A DNA stretch of 64,000 nucleotides from the NCBI GenBank assembly GCA_020536535.1, contig JAHLWZ010000022.1:88947-152946 (forward strand). The letters run 5' to 3'. The DNA is from Pelomyxa schiedti. Its lineage: Eukaryota; Protista; Evosea. The notes below the pieces were generated by a model that ran no database searches, was not told where the DNA came from, and saw only the letters and a program-made list of their open reading frames with translations. Of this stretch, positions 62,593 through 64,000 are shown piece after piece (within the stretch, counting starts at the first letter, position 1; each line of letters starts with the position of its first letter). The position numbers and the translations under genes are program-made.

Positions 62593-62844
62593 ATGGAGAG
62601 GGCCAAGGCTGCCGCGGGTGGCATTGTGACGTGCTGCTGTGTTCTCGTCGGTTGCTTCTTATTAATGGGATGGGAAGTAACTGCGTGGGTGGGTGTTACG
62701 TGTGCGGTCAGTGTTGGGCTCGTGTACTTGTACTCAAAGTACGGGTGTCGATTGTGTTGCAATAAGATGTCGCCCGCCGCCCCCGGGGTGAACGCATCGT
62801 CAAAGCAGGAGATCTTCAACACCCAGCTGAAGCACAACGTTTGA
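62593..62844 (+). CDS. Possible small two-TM membrane protein
   Basis: 83-aa ORF after an A-rich leader, with two hydrophobic Cys-rich stretches. No recognisable homology. Confidence 0.25.
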   Translation: MERAKAAAGGIVTCCCVLVGCFLLMGWEVTAWVGVTCAVSVGLVYLYSKYGCRLCCNKMSPAAPGVNASSKQEIFNTQLKHNV

Positions 62845-63064
62845 ATCTGCAAAAAGTGACAAATTGCACTATGGTAACTAAGACCACCAAACCCTCGTAC
62901 TCAACCTACTACTCCCGCATTCTGACAAGGCTAATTACCCATGATTACATTGAAGACCAACAAGTACACAACACAGCTTGTGTACTTTAGTGCACAAAAA
63001 CAGACCCTACTCAAGAGTGTTTCTTGGCGGGGGCTTACACCACGGCTATTTAAAAAACCTGCAC

Positions 63065-63164
63065 NNNNNNNNNNNNNNNNNNNNNNNNNNNNNNNNNNNN
63101 NNNNNNNNNNNNNNNNNNNNNNNNNNNNNNNNNNNNNNNNNNNNNNNNNNNNNNNNNNNNNNNN
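63065..63164. other. Assembly gap (100 N)
   Basis: Run of N. Confidence 0.99.
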
Positions 63165-64000
63165 TCCATGCTCCTGGCTCCAACCGTAAACTGTTTGTTG
63201 GCAAACTTGCACCTTTTCAGCCAGAAGATCCAAGAGTACAATCAATACCCTTCACTACTGGAAGGGCGACCTTAATTGAAATAGCCAAGGCAAAGCAGAT
63301 GCTATTGTCGTGCACTTGGGAGCAACGTAGTGCCTTCGATAGTGTTTCAGGATTACTGCTGGAATTGCCAAAGCTTGATAAGGAGAAAGCACTTCTGGCA
63401 TTATGTGCCGTTGCAAGGGACACTGACTCGATCCAACAAATCTTCCAACTCGTTTTGACCCCTGTAGAAGCGGTGCAACCACTTGGAGGATTTCAGAGCG
63501 CCACTTTTTTCCTACTACACTCTCTTTGCGCTCGGGGATCCTTGGCTGAAGCACAGCACCTTCTTCATCTCATCACTGCTATCCCTAATGAGGCAAGTTC
63601 CGCTGCGACATGCACCCCCAAAATTCTCCTTTCAATGCAAAACGGGGAAAATGGCACATGCTTACATGCTGCCTCAATAAACGGTTTTGGAGAAACCGTA
63701 AGGATGCTACTGGAAAGTGGTTCAGACCCCACAATCAGAGATACACAAGGAAAAACCGCCTACGATGTTGCACTCACGTCAGCAGCAAGGACAGTGTTCC
63801 GGCAATTTGCCACTGAACACCCAGATATGTTCGACTACTCTTCAGTGGGAATTCCACCGCTCAGATCCGCTCCTCAACAAACTCCAACAGAAGAACCAAC
63901 ACCAACAAACACAACAACCCCTTCAAAAAAGAAGAAAAACAAGAAGAGGAAAAGCAAGAACAACCCTCCACCTGAAGCCATCCCAGAAACTTCAACCCCA
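63165..64000 (+). repeat. ANKZF1: Second near-identical copy (allele or recent duplicate) of ANKZF1 segment 54324-55159; partial CDS
   Basis: Colinear over 836 nt with no indels. I count 12 substitutions by eye, mostly at third codon positions. Confidence 0.93.

Overview
This is eukaryotic, gene-dense protist DNA with many short spliceosomal introns (about 40-55 nt), so the ORF track splits most genes. The gene content looks amoebozoan; a Pelomyxa-like archamoeba is my recollection-based guess and is unverified. Conserved genes are a C2 + 10xPLAT LOXHD1-like protein, SMG1 kinase, a MYST acetyltransferase, PDCD7/U11-59K, an RRM protein, ANKZF1/Vms1, ORC2 and filamin. There is also a probable GPI-anchored Cys-rich surface protein, an ankyrin-like repeat protein and one unassigned single-exon gene. 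The most unusual part is the first 14 kb. Two tandem paralogous coiled-coil genes ending in a GrpE/Mieap-like beta-domain sit head-to-head with an HSPA12-type Hsp70 spliced to a vWA domain. That gene converges on a ~2,150-aa GB1/RHD3(VLIG)-type GTPase with a Cys/His-rich array and a vWA domain. A second, inverted copy of the GTPase lies at 35.3-41.7 kb and shows a mosaic of nucleotide-identical and hypervariable segments. I propose this cluster as a candidate eukaryotic GTPase-Hsp70-GrpE defence or recognition system; this is inference. There are two 100-N gaps: the first is a false gap inside the Hsp70 gene, and the second precedes a near-identical second copy of part of ANKZF1.
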